Below, in pieces: positions 1-9,389 of a stretch of 64,000 nucleotides of DNA. The stretch comes from a virus (taxonomy: Duplodnaviria; Caudoviricetes), in IMG/VR virus record IMGVR_UViG_3300020045_001587, positions 19,725-83,724 of that record, one strand, 5' to 3'. The first letter of the stretch is position 1; every line of letters starts with the position of its first letter. The notes below the pieces were generated by a model. The model was not told the origin of the DNA. It saw only the letters and a list, made by a program, of their open reading frames with translations, and ran no database searches. A program made the position numbers and the translations under genes.

Positions 1-444
1 TGTCCTGTTGAGGATGATGTGTTGGTTGATGTGCGTTTTGCTGATGGAGAAGATTGCATAGCACAGATCGCAGGTAATCAGCTATGGGTCGAGAGTCTAG
101 AGATATGGGATATCACACATTGGCGTTTGCATAAAGTTGAACAGCCTATCAAGGAAGAAGAATCCTTCAAGGGTCTTGAGAATGCTTATGACGAATACGA
201 GCCAGAAGGTTCTCCAATGCCAGCTGAACTGTTCACGCCAGCAATTAATTACATGCCCGGTGACAAAGTTATTTACAAATACCCTGAAACAAGCTATGTA
301 CCTCCTGAGAACATTCCTGTCAAGCGTAGCAAGCATTCCATTGCTGCTGAAGTATATGAGCTAATTACAGGAAAGAGCTTGACAGAGGATGATGTGAGTG
401 ATATTGTAGCTGTATTGCAGCTTATTGAACGAATGGAGAAATAA
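1..444 (+). CDS. hypothetical phage protein, 5'-truncated
   Basis: Frame is open from base 1 (CPVEDDVLVDVRFADG...W..W...DI..W) to the stop at 444. Confidence 0.6.
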   Translation, partial: CPVEDDVLVDVRFADGEDCIAQIAGNQLWVESLEIWDITHWRLHKVEQPIKEEESFKGLENAYDEYEPEGSPMPAELFTPAINYMPGDKVIYKYPETSYVPPENIPVKRSKHSIAAEVYELITGKSLTEDDVSDIVAVLQLIERMEK

Positions 445-445
445 T

Positions 446-727
446 ATGGCAATCTGTAACGGTTGTGGAGGTATTGTTGGTAGGGATTGTTTTAATCCTC
501 AAGAGTGTGAGTGGATTAGTCGAGATATTGAAGCACGACATTACGCACAACAAGCTGCCGAATATCAAGAGTACGAGGCTGTTGGTAAGTTGGAGAACGA
601 TCTAGCACAATGTCAAGATGAGATTGAAAAACTTCGTTACGAGTTGGACGGAGCTATTTCTGATAGGAATTATTGGATTGAATCTTATAACCGTATTTTG
701 GATATGTATAATGAAACCAACAATTGA
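446..727 (+). CDS. hypothetical protein, Cys-rich N-terminus plus coiled coil
   Basis: SD GGAG before ATG 446; MAICNGCGG...C...C. Confidence 0.65.
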   Translation: MAICNGCGGIVGRDCFNPQECEWISRDIEARHYAQQAAEYQEYEAVGKLENDLAQCQDEIEKLRYELDGAISDRNYWIESYNRILDMYNETNN

Positions 728-866
728 GCACGCTAAAATTCTCTTTGCAAATAAATATGCAGAGCCTTCTGTTGTTGAGCATAATGCACAAGCATGGCTA
801 ACGGCTGTGCAGGTGATCGGTGATAAATGGCTGCTGGCTAAGAAGGTTGAGAGGAAAGCTAAATGA
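711..866 (+). CDS. hypothetical protein
   Basis: ATG 711 (MKPTIEHAK); stop overlaps the next start. Confidence 0.55.
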   Translation: MKPTIEHAKILFANKYAEPSVVEHNAQAWLTAVQVIGDKWLLAKKVERKAK

Positions 867-1045
867 CAAATATGTTTTCTAAAGAACTCCTAGACTCTTG
901 TGTTGTAGAGCTTCCAGAGAAATATTACATGAGCTATGAATACTCTGACGATGGTATTTATGTTTCTGTGGCAAAGCACCAAGACGGTGCAGCTACAATT
1001 GTAGTTTGTGAAGTTATTCCTTGGCCTGACGGAGAGAAGAAATGA
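863..1045 (+). CDS. hypothetical protein
   Basis: ATGA overlaps at both ends. Confidence 0.65.
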   Translation: MTNMFSKELLDSCVVELPEKYYMSYEYSDDGIYVSVAKHQDGAATIVVCEVIPWPDGEKK

Positions 1046-1338
1046 GCAACTATATTCACGGATACACTCGACTAGTTGTTTGTGCTGCTAACAAATATGG
1101 TCCGCACATTTTCCTCGGTGCTCGTCACTTCGATGAGCGTATGCGAGAATCCATGGAACATTACCATGTGCCAAATATGCGAAAGCAACATGGAGAAGTG
1201 CAAGGCTTTGTAGACCAGCACGGTGTATTCATGGACCGAGAAGAAGCACTAAAAGTGGCTACAGAATCTGGACAGATTAACAAGTATCGCACGAAGACAC
1301 ATCCAACTAACCTATTATTTTCTGAGGATTTATATTAG
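1042..1338 (+). CDS. conserved phage hypothetical protein
   Basis: VVCAAN..GARH..QGFVDQ.G.F.DREEA..LFSEDLY pattern, which I recognise from other phage proteins. Confidence 0.75.
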   Translation: MSNYIHGYTRLVVCAANKYGPHIFLGARHFDERMRESMEHYHVPNMRKQHGEVQGFVDQHGVFMDREEALKVATESGQINKYRTKTHPTNLLFSEDLY

Positions 1339-1339
1339 T

Positions 1340-1585
1340 ATGACAGACCACCTAGAACCAGACGAGCTTCCCCTTCTTAAATCCTTGAAAGCTCTTTCTG
1401 CACGCTCACAACAAAACCTTGACGGTGATTGTCCTTCAAGGGATGATGTGCTTATTGTGTTTGCTGAGAAGTATATTGAAGGGCTGCGGAAGAAGGTGGC
1501 TGAGAAGCAATATACTATTGATAGGCTTGAGAGTAAAGTGGATTTGTTGATTAAGAGGGAGAAGATTAATGAAGACACGATTTAG
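1340..1585 (+). CDS. hypothetical protein
   Basis: Tightly packed ORF with C-terminal coiled coil. Confidence 0.6.
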   Translation: MTDHLEPDELPLLKSLKALSARSQQNLDGDCPSRDDVLIVFAEKYIEGLRKKVAEKQYTIDRLESKVDLLIKREKINEDTI

Positions 1586-1769
1586 GGTGGCTCAAGTTGG
1601 TTCATGGGGAGCTAAGAAACAAGTGCTTATTCTACAAATTTATAAACATTTTCCACCAGACTATTGGCGAGGAATGCCTGATTATTTGGCGCATAGCAAG
1701 TGGGTAGATGCACAACCAGAGGATTTGCTTGAGGGTGACATTGTGGAGAAATCTAATGAAATGTCCTAA
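1569..1769 (+). CDS. hypothetical protein
   Basis: SD GGAG; overlaps neighbouring ORFs. Confidence 0.6.
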   Translation: MKTRFRVAQVGSWGAKKQVLILQIYKHFPPDYWRGMPDYLAHSKWVDAQPEDLLEGDIVEKSNEMS

Positions 1770-1923
1770 TTGTTCTAGCACAGATGGTGCTTATCGAGAG
1801 ATAGAAGACTTCAATCCGGGTGGTGATCCTGAATGGAGTTATTATGAATTCTGGCAATGCTTTAGTTGTGACCACACTGTGTATTCATATGAAGACGGTT
1901 TTGAATATTCGGAGGACGAATGA
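1756..1923 (+). CDS. Zn-ribbon protein
   Basis: MKCPNC...CFSC; SD GGAG upstream of 1756. Confidence 0.65.
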   Translation: MKCPNCSSTDGAYREIEDFNPGGDPEWSYYEFWQCFSCDHTVYSYEDGFEYSEDE

Positions 1924-2123
1924 ATTGCCAGTGTGACGTATGTCAAACAAATCGTAACAGACAAGTACGAGTAGATGCTCTACCAAAGGAGCATCAAGAA
2001 TATTTTAATGCTATGCTTGAGTATATCTTGGCTTTGGAGTACGATAACAGCTACTACAAAGTTGTGCTAAATGGAGAATGGTCTTCTGCCGATGCTGTTC
2101 TCAAGCGTGCTTTTAAGAAATAG
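1920..2123 (+). CDS. hypothetical protein
   Basis: ATGA overlap; SD GGAGG. Confidence 0.65.
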   Translation: MNCQCDVCQTNRNRQVRVDALPKEHQEYFNAMLEYILALEYDNSYYKVVLNGEWSSADAVLKRAFKK

Positions 2124-2146
2124 GAATGTAAATATAAGGATGAAGA

Positions 2147-2362
2147 ATGAAAGATAATATACTAACATGGGAACAAATTGACCCATACCATAAGCGTGCT
2201 GCCGTCATTGGAGGGTGGCTTGTAAAGGCTTATGAGGATGTACAAACTCATAGGGACACTAGCATGGGGCTCCGCACTGAAAGTGGCTATGAATGGCGGG
2301 TGACGATGTGCTTCGTTCCCGATGAAGGTCATTATTGGAAGAGTGATTGGAGTAAGCGTTGA
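2147..2362 (+). CDS. hypothetical protein
   Basis: SD AAGGA; fits the operon. Confidence 0.65.
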   Translation: MKDNILTWEQIDPYHKRAAVIGGWLVKAYEDVQTHRDTSMGLRTESGYEWRVTMCFVPDEGHYWKSDWSKR

Positions 2363-2574
2363 CAACACATACTAAAATTATTCCCTGTACTGTGACATTC
2401 ATGTACAATCCTGAAGAACCTGCTACGGAATTTGAGCCGAAAGTGGAAGAAGAGTTTGAGGTTATTTCTGCGAAATTTGGAAATGAAGAAATTATTCACT
2501 TGATTGACGAGAATTGTTATGGTATGCTCGATGTGGCTATTGAGAAATATTTAATGGAGAATGCTGATGAGTAA
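2359..2574 (+). CDS. hypothetical protein
   Basis: TTGA overlap; SD GGAG. Confidence 0.6.
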   Translation: MTTHTKIIPCTVTFMYNPEEPATEFEPKVEEEFEVISAKFGNEEIIHLIDENCYGMLDVAIEKYLMENADE

Positions 2575-2746
2575 ATCTGAAAAAGAAGTTCTGATTCGCG
2601 CTCTTGAGATTTGCAATGAAAAAGTACGTATTGCAGAAAATGAATGTGATATGCTTGAAGAAGAATTACGAGAGGCGGGTGAACAGTGCCAAGCATGGTA
2701 CGAGGCTGCTGATAAGGTTAAGAAAGAACTGGAGGGATTGGAATGA
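2561..2746 (+). CDS. hypothetical coiled-coil protein
   Basis: Overlapping ORF in the operon. Confidence 0.6.
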   Translation: MLMSKSEKEVLIRALEICNEKVRIAENECDMLEEELREAGEQCQAWYEAADKVKKELEGLE

Positions 2747-3291
2747 ATACAATTGATGCTTATAAAAAGATTCTGAAAGTAATTAAAAGTTGTGCTAAAG
2801 ATGCAGTAATTGACAGTAGTGTTGACATAAGTTACAAACTAGAATCACTAATCATTCGTGAAGAAATTCAAGATAGTTTTGGAATCAATCTATCTAATTG
2901 TTATGACTATGGCACTACTTATTTCAAAGTAGATAACGACAAGTATATTGCCAAATACGGTAGTAAGTACAGTCGCACCATCTCTTGGTCAGTAGATGGT
3001 AAGCAACCAAAAGATGATTGGCTGCTTGCAGTTACCTACCCAACTGGCGCTTATATATTTGGAGAGGATTATCAGAAAGAGACTTTTGCACAATACTTTG
3101 ATGAGCTTAAAGAATTTGAGCCAAAGTATGTTGACGAAGTTAACCACTGTCTGTATTATACGGCTGATAAAGCTAAAGCATTGTATGAGAAAGTTGATGA
3201 GATTCTTAATAAATATAAGGTAATATCAGAGGACAATCGTAAGGCCAGTAAGATTGAAATGCTAAAGAAGCAGTTGAAGGAACTAGAATGA
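2743..3291 (+). CDS. conserved phage hypothetical protein
   Basis: 182 aa; ATGA overlaps; SD GGAGG. Confidence 0.75.
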   Translation: MNTIDAYKKILKVIKSCAKDAVIDSSVDISYKLESLIIREEIQDSFGINLSNCYDYGTTYFKVDNDKYIAKYGSKYSRTISWSVDGKQPKDDWLLAVTYPTGAYIFGEDYQKETFAQYFDELKEFEPKYVDEVNHCLYYTADKAKALYEKVDEILNKYKVISEDNRKASKIEMLKKQLKELE

Positions 3292-3476
3292 CAGACAAAG
3301 AAAAGTTGTGTGACCTTCTAACAGAATTTGGAGTAGGTTGGCGAGAGAAACCATATTATACTATTAAGTGTGGAGGGTACAACTCTTATAATAAGATTGG
3401 TGGCTATAGTAGTTTCTACACATTGTTTGAGTTTGATGAAGATGGAAAGTTTATTCAAATGGGAGCTTGGGAATGA
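3288..3476 (+). CDS. hypothetical protein
   Basis: ATGA overlaps at both ends. Confidence 0.65.
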   Translation: MTDKEKLCDLLTEFGVGWREKPYYTIKCGGYNSYNKIGGYSSFYTLFEFDEDGKFIQMGAWE

Positions 3477-4813
3477 GTTTATACGAAATTATCAAAGCAT
3501 TGCAGAATGCTCAAGGAAGCCTTGCAAAGCAAGCTATTCTGATGCAGCACAAGGATAATGAGCTGTTAAAAGAGTACATGCGTGCCGTGTACGACCCATC
3601 TATTAACTTCTACCAGCGTAAAGCTCCTGTACCAAGTTATGTTTATGAAGACAACCTTGAAATTGTAAACATTAAAGGTATTGTTCATATGTTGTCAGAT
3701 CGAATAGTCACTGGTCACAAGGCTAAGGACTGGCTAAAGCGAGAGATGGAAGTTTTTAATGCAGAAGGCCAAGAACTTATCAAACTTATGATTGATCGGT
3801 CTATTGGCGCTTCCGTTGGTGACATGATGATATTGAAAACTTGGCCTGACCTGTATTTCACGGTGCCCTATCAGAGGTGCAGCCTACTAGACGATAAAGC
3901 TAAGTATAAGTTCTCTAAACTTCCTCTGATGTATGTTCAAGAAAAATGCGACGGATCATTCTTGTACTTGGTAAAAGAGGCAGGAAAGCCCGCAGAGGCG
4001 ATTACTCGTGCAGGCTCACGTTACCCTAAAGAGTTTGCTGAAAAGCTCGCTGAAGGTGTTCCTGATGGTGTTGTATTGATTGGTGAATTGCTGGTGTATG
4101 AAGATGTGTCTACTCACGGAGACTATGTTATGTTAGATCGACAAACAGGTAATGGTATGCTTAATAGTATTCTCAAAGGTGGTAATGTAGATAAAAACTT
4201 CGACTATGAAATGAAGGCTTGGGATATTCTAACTCCTGCCGAATTCAAGGCAGGAAAGAGTGAAACGGTTTATTTTGACCGACTGAGCAAGTTGTTTTGT
4301 ATGTATGATTTCTATCAACCAGAGCATGTACAACCTTTGAAGAATAAGGCTGTTAAGACACTTGAAGAAGCATACGTTATCTACTCTAAATTTACCTCGC
4401 AAGGTAAAGAAGGTGCTGTACTCAAGACTCCTGATTTCATTTGGAAAGACGGAACAAGTAAAGATTGTGTTAAGATGAAAGTAGAGTTTGAGATTGATTT
4501 GGAAGTTGTAGAAATTGTTGAAGGTACAGGTAAAGCCTCTGGTATGATGGGCGCTGTGAAGCTCAAGAGTAGCTGTGGTAAGCTACTGACAGACGTAGGG
4601 ACAGGCTTCAGTGATCAACAACGTAAGCATATCTGGGAATTTGGTCTGCCTAAAATTGTAGCAATCAAAGCTAACGACATTATCAGCAAGCGGGGTAGCG
4701 ACACATTCAGTTGTTTCTTGCCGGTGTTCGTAGAAGAACGTCTTGACAAAACTGAAGCAGACAGTTATGATGACTGTGTTGCTATCCTCAATGCTGCGAA
4801 GGGACTGAAATGA
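3473..4813 (+). CDS. lig: ATP-dependent DNA ligase
   Basis: Motif I QEKCDG, LIGEL, KEGAVLK, C-terminal OB fold with DVGTGFSD and FLPVF. Confidence 0.95.
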   Translation: MSLYEIIKALQNAQGSLAKQAILMQHKDNELLKEYMRAVYDPSINFYQRKAPVPSYVYEDNLEIVNIKGIVHMLSDRIVTGHKAKDWLKREMEVFNAEGQELIKLMIDRSIGASVGDMMILKTWPDLYFTVPYQRCSLLDDKAKYKFSKLPLMYVQEKCDGSFLYLVKEAGKPAEAITRAGSRYPKEFAEKLAEGVPDGVVLIGELLVYEDVSTHGDYVMLDRQTGNGMLNSILKGGNVDKNFDYEMKAWDILTPAEFKAGKSETVYFDRLSKLFCMYDFYQPEHVQPLKNKAVKTLEEAYVIYSKFTSQGKEGAVLKTPDFIWKDGTSKDCVKMKVEFEIDLEVVEIVEGTGKASGMMGAVKLKSSCGKLLTDVGTGFSDQQRKHIWEFGLPKIVAIKANDIISKRGSDTFSCFLPVFVEERLDKTEADSYDDCVAILNAAKGLK

Positions 4814-5058
4814 TGAAATCATTAAAAGGTATTGTACGAGAAACACACGTAGGGTATGGCGGCAGTATTGCAAAATACCCTTCCATTGTTAAAGAACGCA
4901 CACTTACAGCAGAAGACATTCAATACATTGAGAGGATTATTAAAGATGGTATGTCAAGCAATTGTGGATATGATTGCTTTCCGGATGAAGGTGGGATTAA
5001 TGTTGCCGCGTATCTTCTGGAAGAAGTGAAGAAGCTTATGGCTGTTAAGGAGAATTAA
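4810..5058 (+). CDS. hypothetical protein
   Basis: ATGA overlap with the ligase stop. Confidence 0.65.
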   Translation: MMKSLKGIVRETHVGYGGSIAKYPSIVKERTLTAEDIQYIERIIKDGMSSNCGYDCFPDEGGINVAAYLLEEVKKLMAVKEN

Positions 5059-5059
5059 A

Positions 5060-5476
5060 ATTGCACGCTTAAAACACGGCCGTCCAAGTAAAGCAATCAA
5101 GACACTCTACCTCAACCTAAAGAACCTTCAAGTGCCGTTTGGAAATAGCCTCTGCACTCAGGTAATGGAATGCACTGTAAGGGTGTACGTAGACACAAAG
5201 CCTCCTGACGGAGGCTCCATACGCATTCTGCAAATCTGGACAGATAGAGTGATTAAGTTTGGTGACGAGCATTGTAGCGTTGTTGTCACAGTTCCGCATA
5301 GGAGTGACTTGACAGACTTTCTTCCTGAGGATACGCTAGAGACGCTTACAATATACGTCGAGCAGATGCTGAAACATAAACCACAAGAATTCAAGGAATT
5401 GAATTACAAGACAGCTATGGGGAAGCGTTATATGAAGTTTTTAGAGAATGATGTTTATTATAAAGAGGGTGTTTAA
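5060..5476 (+). CDS. hypothetical protein with probable ATT start (MARLKHGRPSK...)
   Basis: SD AAGGAG at 5047-5052; ATT at 5060 is in frame with the tracked ORF 5132-5476. Confidence 0.6.
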   Translation: MARLKHGRPSKAIKTLYLNLKNLQVPFGNSLCTQVMECTVRVYVDTKPPDGGSIRILQIWTDRVIKFGDEHCSVVVTVPHRSDLTDFLPEDTLETLTIYVEQMLKHKPQEFKELNYKTAMGKRYMKFLENDVYYKEGV

Positions 5477-5477
5477 A

Positions 5478-5690
5478 ATGACTGAGAGTGAAATTAAAGA
5501 ATTCTGTTATAAGCTTGCACAACAAGGAATTTGCCAAGGAAATTGTGAAGAACATCGCGGAGAGGTGAAAGTCGCTCATACTTCAGGTTGGGGGGGATAT
5601 TTCTCTTATTGTGAAGAAGCAGTAGCTGAAGATATTCGTAGAGGACTTACTGTTGAGGTTTGTGATGTCTATTATAAGGAAGCAGAATAA
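5478..5690 (+). CDS. hypothetical protein, Cys-containing
   Basis: SD GAGG; ATG 5478. Confidence 0.6.
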   Translation: MTESEIKEFCYKLAQQGICQGNCEEHRGEVKVAHTSGWGGYFSYCEEAVAEDIRRGLTVEVCDVYYKEAE

Positions 5691-5881
5691 TGGTCGAAAT
5701 TAAAGATGTTGGTGATGATACAACAGAGCTTCATATTGATGATACATTTCTAGCTGGCTGGAGCACATCGGCACTTCAGAAATATCCAGAAGCTATTTAT
5801 AAACAAATGATAATTCTGGCTGTTGGCTATGGCGAAGCAAAGGCTAGAAAATCTGTTAGAGAATGTCTTGGGATTAAATGA
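5690..5881 (+). CDS. hypothetical protein
   Basis: TAATG overlap. Confidence 0.6.
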   Translation: MVEIKDVGDDTTELHIDDTFLAGWSTSALQKYPEAIYKQMIILAVGYGEAKARKSVRECLGIK

Positions 5882-6273
5882 AGAAAACCCTCACAGCCTT
5901 CCTCTTTCTTCTGCTAATGTCAATAGAAGCGTCTGGTAAGGCTGTGAGCGATTTAGCTTGTGCTGTAGTGGCTTTGCACAGGGAATGCTCAGGATGCTCT
6001 CTGAAGGGCGCTAAAGGTGTTCTAGAGGTAGTGGAAAATAGAGCTAGAATTGACAAGAAATCTTTGTGCAAAGTTGTACGTTCTTCAGCCTTCCCTTGGA
6101 GCAGAAAACAACATTCTTGGAAATTTACAGAAGAAATGTTGACAAGGTATTTTGAAGTGCGTATGATTGAGCCTGTTGTAGGGAAGATGGCCTACTACTT
6201 TAATACAACAAAGATGCCTTATGGGACATATTGCTGTAAAGTGGAAGATCATTATTTTTATTATAGAAATTAA
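5878..6273 (+). CDS. SleB-like cell wall hydrolase (Hydrolase_2 family) with signal peptide
   Basis: Hydrophobic N-terminus; LAC..ALHRE..G..GVLEVVENR...LCKVV...FPW; C-terminal HYFY. Confidence 0.6.
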   Translation: MKKTLTAFLFLLLMSIEASGKAVSDLACAVVALHRECSGCSLKGAKGVLEVVENRARIDKKSLCKVVRSSAFPWSRKQHSWKFTEEMLTRYFEVRMIEPVVGKMAYYFNTTKMPYGTYCCKVEDHYFYYRN

Positions 6274-6284
6274 AGGAGAATTAC

Positions 6285-6560
6285 ATGAGTGTAGATTATC
6301 GCGCTGTTATTATTGTAGGCTTGCCAAAGGATGAACTTGGCTTGGAATACAATGAAATTGAAGATGCAGGGCTTGAGTTTGTGCCACGATATTACGATGC
6401 ACAAGATGGAATTGTAGGTATTGTTGTTTGTGAAAGTGGTGATTATAGCTACGAAGAAATAGCACCAGATTTGACAGACGCTATTTGTCAAGCGGATAAG
6501 ACATTTACTGATGCTACTGGTAAAGATGGTAAGCTCTATCTTTCTACTCAAGGATATTAA
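6285..6560 (+). CDS. hypothetical protein
   Basis: SD AAGGAG. Confidence 0.7.
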   Translation: MSVDYRAVIIVGLPKDELGLEYNEIEDAGLEFVPRYYDAQDGIVGIVVCESGDYSYEEIAPDLTDAICQADKTFTDATGKDGKLYLSTQGY

Positions 6561-6572
6561 GGAGAAAATCTA

Positions 6573-6875
6573 ATGAACAAAGAAGAAAAGCTGCAACAAC
6601 TGCAATCTCAATTGAATGCCATTCAGAAAGAAATTGAGCGCCTTAATGAGCCTGAGAGTTATTATGTTGTTGTCACTAAGCGAGAAGAAAGTAATTGGTA
6701 TAAGGTTGGAGAGATTTATAAAGTGTTTTCAAAAATCACTGAGACTGAGCACGGAAGCTATCACGCACTAGTAAATAATAAGTATGTCGGGATTTCTGGT
6801 AAAAGTTTTGTTAAAATCACTGACCAGATTGTTATTGAGGCTCTGGAAGCCACTTATATTAAATCGTACACTTAA
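6573..6875 (+). CDS. hypothetical protein
   Basis: SD AAGGAG. Confidence 0.7.
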   Translation: MNKEEKLQQLQSQLNAIQKEIERLNEPESYYVVVTKREESNWYKVGEIYKVFSKITETEHGSYHALVNNKYVGISGKSFVKITDQIVIEALEATYIKSYT

Positions 6876-6884
6876 GGAACTGAA

Positions 6885-7112
6885 ATGAACAACGAACAAA
6901 CTATTATCCTCACCAAAGCCATCATCCAGCAAACCTTTAGCGAATGGGATCGACGTTTCCGGGAAGACCCTGACAGCTTTGAAAATATTGCTACGCATTT
7001 GCTGCAAGGCAACCATCTAACGTATGGTGAGGAAGCTGCTGAGTATTTCTTGGAAGTGTTTCGGGATGTTGTCTATGCTGAAAATGTCGCTAACTGGAAG
7101 TGTGGTGTATAA
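6885..7112 (+). CDS. hypothetical protein
   Basis: SD AAGGA. Confidence 0.65.
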   Translation: MNNEQTIILTKAIIQQTFSEWDRRFREDPDSFENIATHLLQGNHLTYGEEAAEYFLEVFRDVVYAENVANWKCGV

Positions 7113-7345
7113 TGGGATGGTCTAGTGGAAGTGAATTGGCAAGCAAGATGATTGCTCTTATGGAGCTTGTTGCAGATGATGGTGAACAACTACGTGAAGC
7201 CTTTCAAGAAATGATTAGGTGTTTTGAAGATTTTGATTGTGACACCTTGCAAGAATGTATTGGTGAGAGTAAGACATTTGACCTTGCATTTAAGATGATG
7301 TATCCTGAGCACTATGAAGAACTCACTAATTGGGAGAGTGTATAA
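7112..7345 (+). CDS. hypothetical protein (MGWSSG.. type)
   Basis: TAATG overlap; MGWSSGSEL..FEDFDCDT pattern seen in other phages. Confidence 0.7.
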   Translation: MGWSSGSELASKMIALMELVADDGEQLREAFQEMIRCFEDFDCDTLQECIGESKTFDLAFKMMYPEHYEELTNWESV

Positions 7346-7500
7346 TGAAGAAATATGCTATTGATTATACTGTAATTGTTGAAGCAGAGGACATTGACGA
7401 TGTTGAAATGCTGGCTGCCAATTTAGAAGGAGATATTAAGTTCTGCAATTGGCGAGTTAAGGAAGTGTTTTGCGATAGTTTTATTGAGGAAGTGGTGTGA
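7345..7500 (+). CDS. hypothetical protein, 51 aa, below the ORF-track cutoff
   Basis: TAATG overlap, SD GGAG; MKKYAIDYTV... Confidence 0.55.
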   Translation: MKKYAIDYTVIVEAEDIDDVEMLAANLEGDIKFCNWRVKEVFCDSFIEEVV

Positions 7501-7703
7501 TGCAAACAGTCAATGACACATGGATTCATGCAAGCATTTCTAAGGAAGATTTGTTAGCTGCTATTCAGGATAGCCTTGATGAGTATTTGATGGCTATGAA
7601 AACTAATGGTAGTAATTCAGATTATATTTCTGGTGGAGTTGTGGCGCTACGAGATTTGGCGGTAGGGTTGGGACTGTGTGAGTATGAAGATTTACTTGAT
7701 TAG
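7497..7703 (+). CDS. hypothetical protein
   Basis: GTGA overlap. Confidence 0.55.
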   Translation: MMQTVNDTWIHASISKEDLLAAIQDSLDEYLMAMKTNGSNSDYISGGVVALRDLAVGLGLCEYEDLLD

Positions 7704-7748
7704 CTATACAGCTAAAGTAGTGTGAATACATAAACTAAGGAGAAAAGA

Positions 7749-8762
7749 TTGATTGAAGTTATTGGTAAAGCAGGAATTATAGCAAAGATTTTGGCAGATA
7801 GTGTAAATGAACAAGGAAATCGTCTTGTAACATATGAACTAACATACCCTCGTCTGATTCACTCGGAATTACTCACGCACAAAATGCTATGCTCTAATTC
7901 TGCCAGCAGTCGAGCTATTCCATTTGCAAAGATGGCTGAACAGCTTACGGCACAACCTGTGCGTTTTGGTCAAGCCAATCCGGGGATGCAAGATAAGGGT
8001 GTGGATTTTGACGCTGCTGTATTTGGGTTGTACAGTGCAGGAGAGGCTTGGCTTAAAGCTAAAGACGCTATGGTCTATGCTTCTGATGCTTTCTATAACG
8101 CAGGCTACCACAAGCAAGTGTACAATCGTCTGACAGAACCATTCCAGATGATGAAGACGGTTATTTCTGGCACCGAATGGGACAACTTCTTCTGGCTACG
8201 TAATGATAGTGCAGCGGACCCTACACTGCATGAATTGGCACGTTGTATGTTTGAGGCCCTTGAGCAGAGTGTTCCACAATTGCTTAAAGCTGGTGAATGG
8301 CATTTGCCTTACATTGATGTAGATTATGCTGACATTGGTAATGGTGAACAGCAGTTTTACTTCTTAGATGAAACTCATTGTATGGGTGATAACATCAGCT
8401 TAGAAGACGCCATCAAAGTGAGTTGCGCTCGTACAGCCGCTGTTTCCTTCCGTAATGAGGACTATGGTCTTGACAAGTGCTTGGAAGTGTATGCACGACT
8501 GATTGACGATGAGCGTAAACATGCTAGTGCTATGCAACATGCTGCTGCGCCGATACAGCAAACTCACTGTAGCCACGATTGCCACACTGATGATCTTGAC
8601 CCTTATAACAGTGTTAATGTAACTTTTGAGCCTCGCTCTTGGCAAAAAGGTATCTCTCACGTAACACGAGATGGTAAACTATGGAGTGCTCAATACTGTG
8701 GCTGGATCATGCATCGCAAAACCATTCCCGGAGAGAATTATGCGAAAGAAAAGCAGGGCTAA
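7749..8762 (+). CDS. thyX: flavin-dependent thymidylate synthase
   Basis: YPRLIHSELLTHK...NSASSRAIP, NRLTEPF, CARTA, HASAMQH; SD AAGGAG with TTG start. Confidence 0.9.
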   Translation: MIEVIGKAGIIAKILADSVNEQGNRLVTYELTYPRLIHSELLTHKMLCSNSASSRAIPFAKMAEQLTAQPVRFGQANPGMQDKGVDFDAAVFGLYSAGEAWLKAKDAMVYASDAFYNAGYHKQVYNRLTEPFQMMKTVISGTEWDNFFWLRNDSAADPTLHELARCMFEALEQSVPQLLKAGEWHLPYIDVDYADIGNGEQQFYFLDETHCMGDNISLEDAIKVSCARTAAVSFRNEDYGLDKCLEVYARLIDDERKHASAMQHAAAPIQQTHCSHDCHTDDLDPYNSVNVTFEPRSWQKGISHVTRDGKLWSAQYCGWIMHRKTIPGENYAKEKQG

Positions 8763-8967
8763 ACTCTGTCTCCAGCTTTACGACGAATTCGCAGGAGAAC
8801 CATACAACTTGCGAAATGGGAAGCCTCATGGTATGCTTCGCTGTAGTTACTGCAATGAGTATTGGGAGCCTGATACTTATGAGACAATTTTGGCTAGTGG
8901 TTATAGTCATATGATAACAGTTTGCAAACATTGTGGTGAAGTAAGTTTTCAGTATGAGGAAGAATAA
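8740..8967 (+). CDS. Zn-finger protein
   Basis: CSYC...CKHC; SD GGAG. Confidence 0.6.
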   Translation: MRKKSRAKLCLQLYDEFAGEPYNLRNGKPHGMLRCSYCNEYWEPDTYETILASGYSHMITVCKHCGEVSFQYEEE

Positions 8968-8968
8968 A

Positions 8969-9196
8969 ATGAAATCAATTGTGCAACAGCTTCAGTCACG
9001 TATTGATAGGAAAGGCTACATAATCTCTCAGGATATTCTTTATAGTGATTGGAACCATCCCATGTTAAAGAAAGCTAAGAAGGAAATTATGGCAGAACAG
9101 GCTTTGGATAAGCGTTTGATGGGAGAGCTTATCCGGCTACGTCGGGGTTATGCTGATCTTACTAAAGAATATATTGGCTTTCTGAGTGGAAAATAA
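8969..9196 (+). CDS. hypothetical protein
   Basis: SD GAGG; fits the operon. Confidence 0.6.
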   Translation: MKSIVQQLQSRIDRKGYIISQDILYSDWNHPMLKKAKKEIMAEQALDKRLMGELIRLRRGYADLTKEYIGFLSGK

Positions 9197-9197
9197 T

Positions 9198-9389
9198 ATG
9201 ACCAAGCAAACAATCCGTCAAGACTTGAAAATCAACTGGATTGCAGCTATTTCTGACAAATCTTGTGAGGAAGCTGCTCAGTGGCTTGCACAGAATATTC
9301 CAGCTAATGCTGTTCTGGAAGTGATGTGCGAGTATGAATATGTTTATGGCGTTGCGTACATTAAAGTAGAGGAGAATTGTAATGGTTAA
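9198..9389 (+). CDS. hypothetical protein
   Basis: Fits the operon. Confidence 0.55.
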   Translation: MTKQTIRQDLKINWIAAISDKSCEEAAQWLAQNIPANAVLEVMCEYEYVYGVAYIKVEENCNG

